From assembly GCA_000146045.2 (NCBI GenBank), contig BK006946.2:640001-704000 (forward strand): a stretch of DNA of 64,000 nucleotides, read 5' to 3'. The position numbers and the translations under genes were made by a program. The notes beneath the pieces were generated by a model. It saw only the letters and a list, made by a program, of their open reading frames with translations, was not told the origin of the DNA and did not search any database. Below, piece by piece: positions 1 to 11,144 of the stretch (position 1 is the first letter of the stretch; every line of letters begins with the position of its first letter). The stretch comes from TPA_inf: Saccharomyces (taxonomy: Eukaryota).

Positions 1-1
1 T

Positions 2-604
2 TATGCCTATATCAAAATGATGGGTAATGAGGGATTACCATTTTCTAGTGTGATAGCAATGCTAAATTCAAATTATATGATGACAAGATTAAAAGATCAT
101 TATAAAATTCTTTTCGTCAATGAAATGAGCACACTAAAACACTGCGCTCATGAATTTATAGTTGATCTAAGAGAATACAAAGCTAAAGGTGTTGAAGCTA
201 TCGATGTTGCCAAGAGATTGCAAGACTACGGATTCCATGCCCCAACGTTGGCCTTCCCTGTTCCCGGAACTTTGATGATAGAACCAACAGAATCGGAAAA
301 CTTGGAAGAATTGGATAGATTCTGTGATGCCATGATATCCATCAAAGAAGAAATAAATGCCTTAGTAGCAGGTCAACCAAAAGGACAGATTTTGAAAAAT
401 GCCCCTCATTCATTGGAAGATCTTATTACTTCCTCCAATTGGGATACGAGAGGTTATACCCGTGAAGAAGCCGCTTACCCATTACCCTTTTTGAGATACA
501 ATAAATTCTGGCCTACTGTCGCTAGACTGGATGACACTTATGGTGACATGAATTTAATATGTACATGCCCTTCTGTAGAAGAAATTGCGAACGAAACTGA
601 ATGA
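2..604 (+). CDS. GCV2: 3' partial CDS: C-terminal ~200 aa of the glycine decarboxylase P-protein (mitochondrial glycine cleavage system). The ORF runs in from the window edge and stops at TGA 602..604.
   Basis: The frame is open from base 2. The C-terminus ...[17 protein letters not shown] is the one I recognise for yeast Gcv2p. Position immediately upstream of SGS1 fits YMR189W. Confidence 0.8.
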
Positions 605-914
605 GTACATACCCATTATGTTGTATATGTATATTAGTTGACGCATTTATGCACATATGTAGATAATATAAAATATTCAGGTCAAAGAAAAGTTAAAAGT
701 TTACGAGAGAAAATTCGAAGTTGATAACTGAGCAATGTGCACACCACAATATGTCGTGGTTGATTTAAAATTTTATGATTCGCCTTTTTATTTATATGCT
801 ATGTTATTGTGTATGCAATTAGTATAAGAGGTAAAGAAGCTAAAAAAGTGCCCAAAAAGAATGCTTGGCGAATGGTGTCGTAGTTATAAGTAACACTATT
901 TATTTTTCTACTCT

Positions 915-3900
915 TCACTTTCTTCCTCTGTAGTGACCTCGGTAATTTCTAAAACCTCGTCTCCCATTAGCAGACTTCTTGGACGACTTACTGATGGACC
1001 TTGTACCTGATTTGCTGCTTGTGGTATTTTTGGGTAATTGGCTTTGTCTGATTTGATTGATAATTTGTTCATTTTCTTTGGCTTCGTTTAAATTGGCGCC
1101 AAAAAACTTAGATTTTGTTCCAGTACTTTGGGCAATCCCATTGCTGGAAGCCGCGGCCCTGTTCACAAATTCATCATTTAGTATTGTGTCGTATTTTTCA
1201 TGATCCTCGCTTGATCTCTTTTTGCTAAGATCTGCTATCGTGGCTTTAAAGTACTTGAACCTTCGGCGATATTTGTCCTCCACTGTGCCTAAAGTTGCAA
1301 AAGCCGAATCATTCATTGGTAATATTGCTGCCATCTTTTTTAAAATACTGTCAGGCATAAAGTTCCCAACTGGAGGAACCATTCTATTTCCTAAATTTAA
1401 AGATAATTCCCTCAGACGTTCGTATGTCATTCGCAGATTATTAAGTTCTTGTGTCGAGCGTAAATCGCTTGTGTTTTTCAAAGTGATCGGATGTGAGCTA
1501 CCCATGGTCGAACCGCCGTATGTATACGATCTTAGGTGTTCCTTCGCACTTATAAAGCGCGGTGGATTAGCAGCCACATTTCCTCCAATGGTTGTTGATT
1601 TCTGCGCGATAACTGGTATATTATCTTCATTTGCTTGAAAGCTAGAAGATGTCGAGGGACGGGAGTTTGGTGCTGATATTGTAAATTGCATCTTTATCTC
1701 CATTTTTCCAGTCAGCAATTTCTTAGCATTGGGACCAACTTTCACATAGCTTGAAGCAAAACCGCTATTGTTCATTATTGAATACTCTTGTAAAACTCGG
1801 ATCGTAATCAAATGGAAGAAAATCCTTTCGATTTCTGATTTTTGCATGGATTTACCAATACCATGCTCCTCTAAGGTGTCATGGTTAGCCTGAACAATTT
1901 TGGAGCTTCTCGAACCTTTAAAGACATCTTGGCAATAAATTATTGTGACTCTTTCATTTTGGATACTTTCCACTAATTTTACAATCTTCTTGGCAGGTTC
2001 TGTAACATCCCTTTCCTCGTTTATCACGTTGGCGCTATTTCTACAATTATCACAGTTTTTATGACACAGTTTGGAGTCAAAATCCTCATTGAAATAAGAT
2101 AAAACTAACTTTCTTCTGCAGTCAGTAACGTTGTCACAGTATGCCATTACTTGCTGTAATTTATTCAGATGTTTTTCCTTATTCTCTCTGTCTAAGTTCT
2201 TATCCTTCTGGATCATTGTCTGCATGGTTCTAATGTCCCTGAATGAAAAGTAGGTAATACAATATGAATAGTTCCCATCTCTTCCAGCACGGCCGGTTTC
2301 TTGATAATAGCCTTCTAATGTTCGGGGAACGGTAAAGTGGTAAACAAATCTCACATCAGGTTTATCAATACCCATTCCGAAAGCAACAGTAGCACAAATG
2401 ACTTGTATCTCATCCGCCTGCCATGCCTTCTGTACACTTAATCTTTCATCAGGCTCCATGCCTGCATGGTAATATGCACACTTGATGCCATTTCTTTGCA
2501 TTTGGGCTGATGTTTGCTCGCATGATTTCTTGGAGTGGCAATATATTATACCCGTTTGATTTTTGAACCTAGATTTAACCGCATCACAGATTTCAAAAAT
2601 GGTATTTTTGGTCTTCTTGTTTACTTCGTAATACAAATTTGTTCTATTAAAACTTTGTTTTAGGAAAACAGGTTCCTTTAGTTCTAAATTGTGAATGATG
2701 TCCATTCTGACTTGTTCACTTGCAGTTGCAGTTAAAGCAATCATTGGAATATCAGGGTATTCTCTTTTGAAAAATTTTAATTCTTTATAATCAGGCCTGA
2801 AATCGTGGCCCCAGTTAGAAACACAATGTGCTTCATCTACAACAATACGAGCCAACTTACCGTCTGCGTATAATCTACTGATAGCTCTCTTGCATTGTTC
2901 TGAGGCACTGATCATCTCAGGAGATATGTAAACTAAATCCAATAATCCATTAATAAATAAATTGAAAGTTTGTCGTCTTTGCTCGGCAGTACCCCTCGAA
3001 CTGAACATGCTCGCCTTAATATTTTTATTCAATAAATGTTCCACTTGATCTTGCATCAGGGAAATTAGCGGAGAGATGACAATAGTAGTACCATGTGTTT
3101 TACCCGATTTCACCACTGCAGGAAGTTGATAGCAAAGAGATTTACCACCCCCTGTTGGCATAAGAACAAAAACATCCTTACCTTGCAAAGTTGCATTTAC
3201 AGCCTCTAGTTGGTTAGGTCTAAAACCAGGCAGTTTAAAGACTTCATGTAAACGATATAAAACTTCATCAGACCAAGGATAGGTTGGACCATTCGTCTTA
3301 GAAGATAAATTGGATTTACTCACTATATCACTTAATGAAAAATCGTCATCAAAATCGTCTTCCTCATCCTTTTGACTAACACTGGATTTCTCCCTTTTTA
3401 TTTTGGGAGACCAAGATGGTGGTGGGTGTTCATTGTCACCTGTAAGCTTCCTTTCTGTTATTATTTTCAGGTCATTGTCTAGTTCCTGGATATCTGCTAC
3501 TTGGGTTCTATTCTCTCTTTCTTCGTCAAATCTTTCTAAATCGCTATCTGATAGGTACTCGATACCGTTATTGTTATTATCTTCTTCAAAATCCTCATTT
3601 TCTTTTTCGCTGTCTATCAACTCTAGATCAGAATGAGACATGGGCATGTGTTGACGGCCAAAGGAGAAACTCATGCTATCATCCAAAATTGCGTCCTTTT
3701 CCAGATCATCTTCCAACAAGTCAATATGCTCCACGCCTATTTGATTTTGGCCATTTGAGGGAACGCTCTGTGCTGTGGGAGATGATAAAATAACTTGAAC
3801 ATTTTTATTTTGCGACAAGGTAATTGTGGACCTAGTGTCACCTTCTTGAGAACTTTCCTGAATATTTGCACTAACATCCATATTATCATGATAATCTGTG

Positions 3901-5258
3901 TCTTGAGTTGGGTCTAGGTCGTCGTTTACCACAAAATCAAAATCGCTTTGATTTAGTAATTCGTTTTCTTCTTTTTCTTCATCTCTAGTAGTCATGTAGC
4001 TGGAATGGGCATCATCTTCTGCCTCCATTGTTAACTCATCTTCTTCTCTTTCGACATCCGGATAATCGTCCCTCAAAGATTTACCCATAACATAGTCAAA
4101 AGGATCATCCCTATCAGGTATTCTGTAGTTGACTGGTTCTCTTGAACGCATATTTCTCCTTCTTGTAAGTTCATCTTGTTCTTCTGACGTCATGTGGAGA
4201 TGCGGGAATGCGGGAGAATGTGGAGCCCCCTCCTTCAATATTACAGGAGGGTCACAGTCTATATCATCCTCATCATCCAGGACTTGAATCAAATCATCGT
4301 TATTACTATCATTATTGCTATTCTTACCGGTGTTATTAGTAATATTTTGCTTCGCACCAGTGATGGCTAATGCCTTAGTGACGGTAGTCGCAGTAGTACT
4401 TGTCAGGTTTGAATTCCTGGAAGATGTATTGTATTCCAAGGGGCTGGGCAGAATGCTTGATATGATATTATCATCTTGTGAAGAAACTTGACTGCGACCT
4501 TTACTTTGATCTTTTGACATTCCATCTTTTTTGGCTTTTATGATCTCCTTTTCCAGACTATCTATTCGTATCGACATATTTGATAACTGAGGCCGTATAT
4601 CCCTACTTAACTGTAGCCTTTTAGCGTCCTCTGACAATGATGTGGATTCGATAATACTACACTTCTGTAGCAATAATTTCGATTGCTCTTTCAATGCCAT
4701 AATTAGGGAGCCTTGAAGGCGGATCACCTCTAATTTTATATCATTTTCGAGCTGTTTGCCTATACTTGAATTATCGATTACGCTTTTATTGTTATTTCTA
4801 CTACCTAGATTTCTGCTACTGTCATTTTCGACAAGAGAACTAGCCATGTGCGGTCGAAAAGTATTGAAATTGTGAGTTTTCGAGCCATTGGGCGTCCTCG
4901 GGTTCGATACAACACTTGTGCTGGCTGGTATATCAACCATGGGTACGTCAGCATATTGATTCGATGTGGCAGTGTACGAGAGCCATTCTGTATCGTTCGA
5001 CAAAGTTTGCATGACTTCATGTTGTTTCGTAGCAGTATTCGTTGGTCCAGATGCAGGAATGCTGGTTATAAAGTTTGTTGTTCCTGGTCCACATTCATCT
5101 TTGGATGGCGTTGTTGGTGGCGAATTTGTCTTAGGCCTTTTGTTCGCGATGTGCTTTTGGATAGCCTGGAATACGAAATCTTTGTCTTCCTGTAAAGTCG
5201 CCGTTTCCTTTAACCATTTGTGCTCCCTTCTTAAGTTATGTGACGGCTTCGTCACCAT
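915..5258 (-). CDS. SGS1: RecQ-family DNA helicase Sgs1, 1447 aa
   Basis: ATG at 5258..5256 checked on the minus strand. Helicase motifs are visible: LMPTGGGKSLCYQLPA (Walker A) and VVDEAHCVSNWGHDFR (DEAH box), with a C-terminal HRDC-like region. The long acidic/Ser-rich N-terminus and the 1447-aa length match Sgs1p. Confidence 0.97.
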   Translation of the reverse strand: MVTKPSHNLRREHKWLKETATLQEDKDFVFQAIQKHIANKRPKTNSPPTTPSKDECGPGTTNFITSIPASGPTNTATKQHEVMQTLSNDTEWLSYTATSNQYADVPMVDIPASTSVVSNPRTPNGSKTHNFNTFRPHMASSLVENDSSRNLGSRNNNKSVIDNSSIGKQLENDIKLEVIRLQGSLIMALKEQSKLLLQKCSIIESTSLSEDAKRLQLSRDIRPQLSNMSIRIDSLEKEIIKAKKDGMSKDQSKGRSQVSSQDDNIISSILPSPLEYNTSSRNSNLTSTTATTVTKALAITGAKQNITNNTGKNSNNDSNNDDLIQVLDDEDDIDCDPPVILKEGAPHSPAFPHLHMTSEEQDELTRRRNMRSREPVNYRIPDRDDPFDYVMGKSLRDDYPDVEREEDELTMEAEDDAHSSYMTTRDEEKEENELLNQSDFDFVVNDDLDPTQDTDYHDNMDVSANIQESSQEGDTRSTITLSQNKNVQVILSSPTAQSVPSNGQNQIGVEHIDLLEDDLEKDAILDDSMSFSFGRQHMPMSHSDLELIDSEKENEDFEEDNNNNGIEYLSDSDLERFDEERENRTQVADIQELDNDLKIITERKLTGDNEHPPPSWSPKIKREKSSVSQKDEEDDFDDDFSLSDIVSKSNLSSKTNGPTYPWSDEVLYRLHEVFKLPGFRPNQLEAVNATLQGKDVFVLMPTGGGKSLCYQLPAVVKSGKTHGTTIVISPLISLMQDQVEHLLNKNIKASMFSSRGTAEQRRQTFNLFINGLLDLVYISPEMISASEQCKRAISRLYADGKLARIVVDEAHCVSNWGHDFRPDYKELKFFKREYPDIPMIALTATASEQVRMDIIHNLELKEPVFLKQSFNRTNLYYEVNKKTKNTIFEICDAVKSRFKNQTGIIYCHSKKSCEQTSAQMQRNGIKCAYYHAGMEPDERLSVQKAWQADEIQVICATVAFGMGIDKPDVRFVYHFTVPRTLEGYYQETGRAGRDGNYSYCITYFSFRDIRTMQTMIQKDKNLDRENKEKHLNKLQQVMAYCDNVTDCRRKLVLSYFNEDFDSKLCHKNCDNCRNSANVINEERDVTEPAKKIVKLVESIQNERVTIIYCQDVFKGSRSSKIVQANHDTLEEHGIGKSMQKSEIERIFFHLITIRVLQEYSIMNNSGFASSYVKVGPNAKKLLTGKMEIKMQFTISAPNSRPSTSSSFQANEDNIPVIAQKSTTIGGNVAANPPRFISAKEHLRSYTYGGSTMGSSHPITLKNTSDLRSTQELNNLRMTYERLRELSLNLGNRMVPPVGNFMPDSILKKMAAILPMNDSAFATLGTVEDKYRRRFKYFKATIADLSKKRSSEDHEKYDTILNDEFVNRAAASSNGIAQSTGTKSKFFGANLNEAKENEQIINQIRQSQLPKNTTSSKSGTRSISKSSKKSANGRRGFRNYRGHYRGRK

Positions 5259-5655
5259 TACCGCCTTGTGTGTACGTGTATGATTTTTTAAATATATACA
5301 ACAATAATCTGTATTTTTTCCTTTCCTCTAGCCAATGACTCCAAGCTGGCTGATAAAAACAAACTAAACGGTAAAGCCACAAATCCGAAATGTATCACCA
5401 ATGATCACCCAGCCTGCTAAGTGCCCTCTATTGATCCGTATATCAGCTTTTAGATCAGGCTCGAGTTTCTTGTTATATGTGCATTGCAAAAGCATAAACA
5501 AATCCTGGCAGCCGAAGCCGGGCAATCCACTTCGAAACGCACGGCTGAACTATATAAATATAAAGGACATGTGGAGAGAAGCTTCTCTTCCTTCACATTT
5601 CGCATTTCATGATCTAAAGTGGTTCTTTCACAATAGAAGAGCACCAACACGAAAT

Positions 5656-6777
5656 ATGGCTGTCGGTGGTAATAACTGGAGCATGTGGCTGCGAATGTCA
5701 CGGGTCCACCTCAGGCAGATCACGAAGTCTCTGGACCGAACGCTGATCAGTTTGAGCCATGGGAATTTTTCCCACCAATATAATCGCAATATTTTTGTCA
5801 CTTGGTGGAAGAGCCTATTTGAGGCTTCTACAGCTTTTAGGAGGGCAAGTGGTTTAACGGTATCTCCTCTCACGAGGAGAGGAATCGCAAGGTTTGACCA
5901 TTTCAGACCTGTTCCCAATGTCAGTAAATTTGCTTCTTTTCCCAGAGTGCCCAAAGGAGCCCCAAGGGGCCTTTTTACCAACTGGAATATGACTACATCA
6001 AAGAGATTATTAGGGCAGAGAGCTTATTCGACTTCCAGTATCAAATTTACCCAAGAAGCCGTGAATAACATGACTATATCTTTGAGGTGTTTTTTCAACT
6101 CACTAGGCGGATTAAATCAGTGCTCCCACTCTAATTCCTGCAAAGCTTATCAGAATGCGTCTAATGTTACCTCTAAACAGGATCACGTCCAACCAGTTGC
6201 CCTTAAGAAGTTATCTCAAAAGGATATCAATTTCATTCGTAATTTAGAACTATTTAAGATAATGAAGACCCAGAATGAAGTCGTTGATGAAACAAGCGCA
6301 TATTACATGGAAAAACCAGGTTCCTATATTGAATTTACCATTTCAGAATTTAACGTTAATGGGACATTCTCCGCACCTTTGTCATTTTTAGATCCTTCTT
6401 TGTTAGCGGATTTGGATGAAATGATTAGAAATTACAAATACGAATTAAAATCAATATACAGTAGTGTTGACATGATCTTGCAGAATTATGGATCATTGCC
6501 GATAACTTTTCATCGAAATAAGATTCGAATACATTTTCCAAACTCAACTGTGGTGGAAACAGAAAAACTAATTGCAGGTCTGAATATTGCTACGGGTGTT
6601 ATTTACGCAGATACGTCTCCCGATATCAGTCTAGAAGGTACAAATTTGAATGCTCTGGTTAATGTTGACAATTCAGGAAGCGTATGGTCTTTTGTTAAGG
6701 AGCCCTCGTTTCCCTCTAGGAGCGCTTTTTCACCTATTTTATCAGATGCATCCTATGATACTTATGAATTGGTCTAG
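5656..6777 (+). CDS. SPG5: Stationary-phase gene product Spg5, 373 aa
   Basis: The ORF track gives a 458-aa frame from ATG 5401. The recognised Spg5p begins MAVGGNNW at ATG 5656..5658, giving 373 aa. A TATA-like tatataaatataaagg at 5551..5566 lies upstream of 5656 but downstream of 5401. Confidence 0.8.
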   Translation: MAVGGNNWSMWLRMSRVHLRQITKSLDRTLISLSHGNFSHQYNRNIFVTWWKSLFEASTAFRRASGLTVSPLTRRGIARFDHFRPVPNVSKFASFPRVPKGAPRGLFTNWNMTTSKRLLGQRAYSTSSIKFTQEAVNNMTISLRCFFNSLGGLNQCSHSNSCKAYQNASNVTSKQDHVQPVALKKLSQKDINFIRNLELFKIMKTQNEVVDETSAYYMEKPGSYIEFTISEFNVNGTFSAPLSFLDPSLLADLDEMIRNYKYELKSIYSSVDMILQNYGSLPITFHRNKIRIHFPNSTVVETEKLIAGLNIATGVIYADTSPDISLEGTNLNALVNVDNSGSVWSFVKEPSFPSRSAFSPILSDASYDTYELV

Positions 6778-6852
6778 CAAAGACGTTGTTTCATCGCGCT
6801 ATTACCAAGAAGGTTACTTTACTTGTTCTTGCACATGGACGCACGTTGTGTG

Positions 6853-6855
<3 letters not shown>

Positions 6856-6885
<30 letters not shown>
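6856..6885. repeat. (TA)15 dinucleotide microsatellite in the SPG5-GYL1 intergenic region
   Basis: Uninterrupted atatat... run of 30 nt. Confidence 0.95.
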
Positions 6886-6889
<4 letters not shown>

Positions 6890-7117
6890 GCTTGTTTTCA
6901 TTGTCTCTATAGTTAATACATTCTATTTTTATCGTTATATTTGCATTCTCTTCGCATAAAAACTTCATGAAAATTCGGCAGAAAATAAGCCATATATGTA
7001 CTTTATCCATAGGCAAAGAAAAGCACTTAACGAGAATATACAACAATTGCACTAGTACTGCATGTATATACTCTTATGATTATAGCGGCAAGAAAACAAA
7101 TATAAACACACTAACAG

Positions 7118-9280
7118 ATGAATTCGAATGAAGATATACATGAAGAACGCATTGAAGTTCCACGAACTCCCCATCAAACCCAGCCAGAGAAAGACTCTGA
7201 TCGCATCGCTCTCAGGGATGAAATATCAGTACCAGAAGGCGATGAAAAAGCATATTCGGATGAGAAAGTAGAAATGGCAACCACAAATGCATCCAGTAAC
7301 TTTGGCTCAAATGAAAGTGCAAAAGACGGCGAATCAATCGGCGCCTTTTCAAATCCCCATGAGGCTCTGATGCAGTCAAAATTGAGAGAAGAATCCCAGA
7401 GTAAAACCATACTACCATCCGATGACCTCAGCCAGCAATTAGAAACCGAAGAATCCAAAGTTGAAGAGGCTCTAAAAAGAATAACCTCACCCCCATTACC
7501 ACCGAGGGCTGACTGCATAGAAGAATCTGCATCTGCTCTTAAATCCTCATTGCCTCCAGTGCTAGCAGGAAATAAAAATGATCAAGCCCCCCTTGACCGA
7601 CCACAGTTACCTCCGAGGCAGGTAGTTAATGCGGAAACTCTTCATTTGAAGGCGCCCCATGGTAATGCGACTCCCTCCAAATCACCAACGAGTGCTGTAG
7701 GTAATTCTTCTTCATCGACCCCTCCAACCTTACCACCACGCCGTATAGAAGATCCTTTAGACTTGGCTGCTCAAAAACATTTCCTAGCGAGTACATTTAA
7801 GAGAAATATGCTCTTTTATAAAAGTGAAGATAACTCTATCAAATGTGATTTGGATAAAAATATACTAAATTTAAAAGAAGATTCAAAAAAAATTAACAAC
7901 AATGAAATTCCTGAAGAGGTTAGTTCATTTTGGTTAAAGGTTATCGGCGACTATCAAAATATCTTAATAAACGATATCGAAACCTTACATTTCCAACTAT
8001 CTCGAGGTATACCAGCCGCTTATCGATTGGTAGTCTGGCAGTTAGTAAGTTATGCAAAATCGAAATCCTTTGACCCTATATATGAAACGTATCTAACGGA
8101 AATGGCACCTTTTGACGTCCAGGAATTTGAAAATCAGCTAAAAATGATGGACGAAGTTCCCTCTGAATACGTAAAACGCATAAGTAATGTGTTAAAGGCT
8201 TATTTACTTTTTGACCCAGAGTGTGAGTTTTCTACCGACATTGCTTATATTATCAATATGATTCTTGACGTTTGCGAGGAGGAGGCAAATGCATTTGGTC
8301 TACTTGTACGCCTAATGAAAGTTTACGGTTTAAGACTCTTGTTCTTACCAAGTGCTTCTGAGATCGATATTCTTTGCTATAAATTTGATAGACTTGTAGA
8401 AGAATTTTATCCTGAAATTCACAACCACATGGTTGAAAAAGGCGTCCGTTCTTCCATGTTTTTGCCCGGTTTCTTCACGACACTGTTTCAAAAGAAACTT
8501 CCCACTGAAATTCAACCACGTATCGGTGATATGGTATTTTTAGAAGGTATTGACTCTATTATGAGAATTTTAGCCACACTTTTATCTAATTCCCGAGACC
8601 ATCTGTTAAAAATGGGTTTTGATGATATGCTGGAGCTATTGAAATCAGGTCTGTTAGATGCTTATATTAAGCAGAATGATGGTACACGCGGTGACACTCT
8701 TCTCTCAAATGAATGTATGGATAAATTACTACAAGACTCTATGATGAAAGTAGCAATAACCCCAAAGACTATGAAGAAATATTCTTCTGAATATGAGGAA
8801 ATTCACAGATTGGACAATGAAAAAGAAGTGCAATATAAGTCTATCACGGAAAAAAATTTACATTTACAAAAGCATGTTCGTAAATTAGAAAACGACTACA
8901 CATCTTTAAATAGAGAGCATGTGACAATTGCGAACGAGTTAGTGAAAAATCGGCTTAATATCGAGTCTGTATTAAATGAAAATAATGGTTACAAACTTCA
9001 AATTTTAGATTTGAAGAAAAAGTTGGATTCAGAAAAAAAGAAGCAAGTTTTAGGTGTATATGTGCCCAATGATTTAAAGAAAGATTTGGAAGAGACAATG
9101 AAAAAGAATACCCAAGTAATGGACGAAAATTTGAAATTGCAGGATAGGATTTCAGAACTAGAAAGGCTTATTGAAGAAATAAAAACTGCAAACAAAAATG
9201 GTACGTTATTCGAATATTCTAATTCTAAAAATAATCCTTTGGGAGCCGGCTGGTCAGGATTTAAAAAGGTTTTTAAATAG
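7118..9280 (+). CDS. GYL1: GYP5-like RabGAP-family protein with C-terminal coiled coil, 720 aa
   Basis: ATG 7118 verified. 720 aa. The central region has a TBC/RabGAP-like domain. The C-terminus is heptad-rich (LQDRISELERLIEEIK). Position matches YMR192W. Confidence 0.9.
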   Translation: MNSNEDIHEERIEVPRTPHQTQPEKDSDRIALRDEISVPEGDEKAYSDEKVEMATTNASSNFGSNESAKDGESIGAFSNPHEALMQSKLREESQSKTILPSDDLSQQLETEESKVEEALKRITSPPLPPRADCIEESASALKSSLPPVLAGNKNDQAPLDRPQLPPRQVVNAETLHLKAPHGNATPSKSPTSAVGNSSSSTPPTLPPRRIEDPLDLAAQKHFLASTFKRNMLFYKSEDNSIKCDLDKNILNLKEDSKKINNNEIPEEVSSFWLKVIGDYQNILINDIETLHFQLSRGIPAAYRLVVWQLVSYAKSKSFDPIYETYLTEMAPFDVQEFENQLKMMDEVPSEYVKRISNVLKAYLLFDPECEFSTDIAYIINMILDVCEEEANAFGLLVRLMKVYGLRLLFLPSASEIDILCYKFDRLVEEFYPEIHNHMVEKGVRSSMFLPGFFTTLFQKKLPTEIQPRIGDMVFLEGIDSIMRILATLLSNSRDHLLKMGFDDMLELLKSGLLDAYIKQNDGTRGDTLLSNECMDKLLQDSMMKVAITPKTMKKYSSEYEEIHRLDNEKEVQYKSITEKNLHLQKHVRKLENDYTSLNREHVTIANELVKNRLNIESVLNENNGYKLQILDLKKKLDSEKKKQVLGVYVPNDLKKDLEETMKKNTQVMDENLKLQDRISELERLIEEIKTANKNGTLFEYSNSKNNPLGAGWSGFKKVFK

Positions 9281-10035
9281 TTAAACTGTGTATATCAGCT
9301 ACTGCTCCCCTTGAATGATACATGACTAAATATAATGATAAATTTATTTCTTGATTTTTGATTATTTCATATTTTGTTGACATTTGAGAGCTTCAATTGT
9401 ATAAAGTTGCAAGATAATATATGAGGTTAGGGAAGCCGGATAAAGAAAATAGAGTACTTTAAAACTGTTCATGGACTAAGAATTCAGTGACGATGAAGTA
9501 GTAAAGGAGAGTGTTTAGGATATAAATAAGACCGAGAAATTGTTAGTAAGCATTACTTCTAGCAGAAATAATGAACCACAATCGTGACAATATATACTCG
9601 AGTTAGCAGTTAACAGTAACCCTTTCCATACCATTCTAAACTTTGCAACAGTAAATATCTTGGCGTTTAACGTTTTATTTTATTCTACGTTTCTCAAATA
9701 TCGGCTGTACTCATGTGGCACATCATGAAAAGAGCCTTCATATCAAGAATTCAAGAATTTTAATTACATCGTGACAACGGTTTCCTAAACTTTTAGTAAA
9801 AACAATTAAATGTGCAATTTTGTTGATTATACTGTGGACAAATTGAGCTTAGTACGTTTCCTTCTTCTCTTTCTGCAATTATATTTAATTAAATAATCTC
9901 GTATTCTCGCATCCGGGCACGCTTTGTGAAATTCATTTGAGAAACCAAAAACAGCTGATCAGCTAGAGCTATTAGAAGTTAGTGCCCAGGGGTATAGAAA
10001 AATCAGTTTAAGGAAGAAAAAGCTCACAGAAGAAT

Positions 10036-10812
10036 ATGCAAAAAATTTTCAGACCATTCCAATTAACGAGAGGCTTTACCTCTTCCGTAAAAAACTTCAG
10101 GCAATGGAGACTGATTGAAACAAGGAAGATTGCCAAACAACCGAACTACCAAGTTGGTGATGCTAAACCTTTACATATGCCAAAAGAAAGAAAGAAATTT
10201 CCAGATTACAAGTATGGGGAATCTAATATCTTCAAACAGAGTAACAAAGGTCTATATGGTGGATCTTTCGTTCAGTTTGGTAACAATATTTCTGAAAGTA
10301 AAGCCAAAACGAGGAAGAAGTGGTTGCCAAATGTTGTCAAAAAAGGTCTCTGGAGTGAGACTCTGAACAGAAAAATCAGTATCAAAATGACCGCTAAAGT
10401 TTTAAAAACAATCAGTAAAGAAGGAGGGATTGACAACTATTTAACAAAGGAAAAATCTGCAAGAATAAAAGAATTAGGGCCGACCGGATGGAAGCTTCGT
10501 TATAGGGTTTTAAAAAGAAAAGATGAAATAGAGAATCCCCCACATAAGGATGCACCTATCATAGAAATGGCTGGTGGTAAAAAGGCCAAAATTTACTATG
10601 ATGAAATAGTAAACGGCTCACCAAGAAAAATATCAGTTGGAAGAAGAAGATTGATGTCATTTTTATATCCTTTAGAGAAATTGGAATATAGGTCAGTAGG
10701 GAAGGACCTGAACTACAAAAAATTTGTCGAGTTATTTGCCGACGTTCCAGTCAAGGATATCCTAGCTAGATTAGAGGATCATAAATTCGACTTATCCACC
10801 ATCACCGTATAA
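10036..10812 (+). CDS. MRPL24: Mitochondrial large-subunit ribosomal protein, 258 aa
   Basis: ATG 10036 verified. 258 aa, basic protein with an N-terminal presequence-like region ([26 protein letters not shown]). Position matches YMR193W. Confidence 0.88.
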
Positions 10813-10980
10813 AAGGAAGAAATAAAGAAGATAATTGCCATTCCGAAAATATCGTTGGTTTTCCCCTGTATATAAAAAAGCATATCTGTTTGTACATATG
10901 TAGGTATGCACACATTCTGAACATTATTGATGCGTATATGCTTGCTACATTAATTGGCAATTCATTTTTTAGACTGTTTT

Positions 10981-10994
10981 ACACCCGTACATTT
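10981..10994 (+). promoter_or_regulatory. Rap1-binding site (ACACCCGTACATTT) followed by a T-rich tract, in the RPL36A promoter about 150 bp upstream of the ATG
   Basis: Exact match to the ACACCCRYACAYM ribosomal-protein-gene Rap1 consensus. A poly(T) run is at 10999..11008. Confidence 0.55.
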
Positions 10995-11144
10995 CACAGT
11001 TTTTTTTTGAAGTTAAATTCCAACTGAATGGAAGCCTCCGCTCCTATGAAATTTATTTGAAATCAGAGATTTCAGGATGTTGAACAGTATAGTACTGATT
11101 TACAAGTATCAAAGAAACAAGAAAGACAGCAAACACAATAAGAA

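Noticed and set aside
1222-1638. Antisense and embedded ORFs of 60-166 aa inside SGS1, HFA1, PFK2, EFR3, CEF1, SCJ1, YMR196W and others
   Set aside because: All lie entirely within, and antisense or out of frame to, long well-supported genes. They have low-complexity or hydrophobic-junk translations and no start context. Most are typical spurious ORFs from a six-frame scan. The one at 11072..11503 in the RPL36A intron and the one at 13314..13550 correspond to ORFs I recall as classified dubious (YMR193C-A and YMR194C-A).
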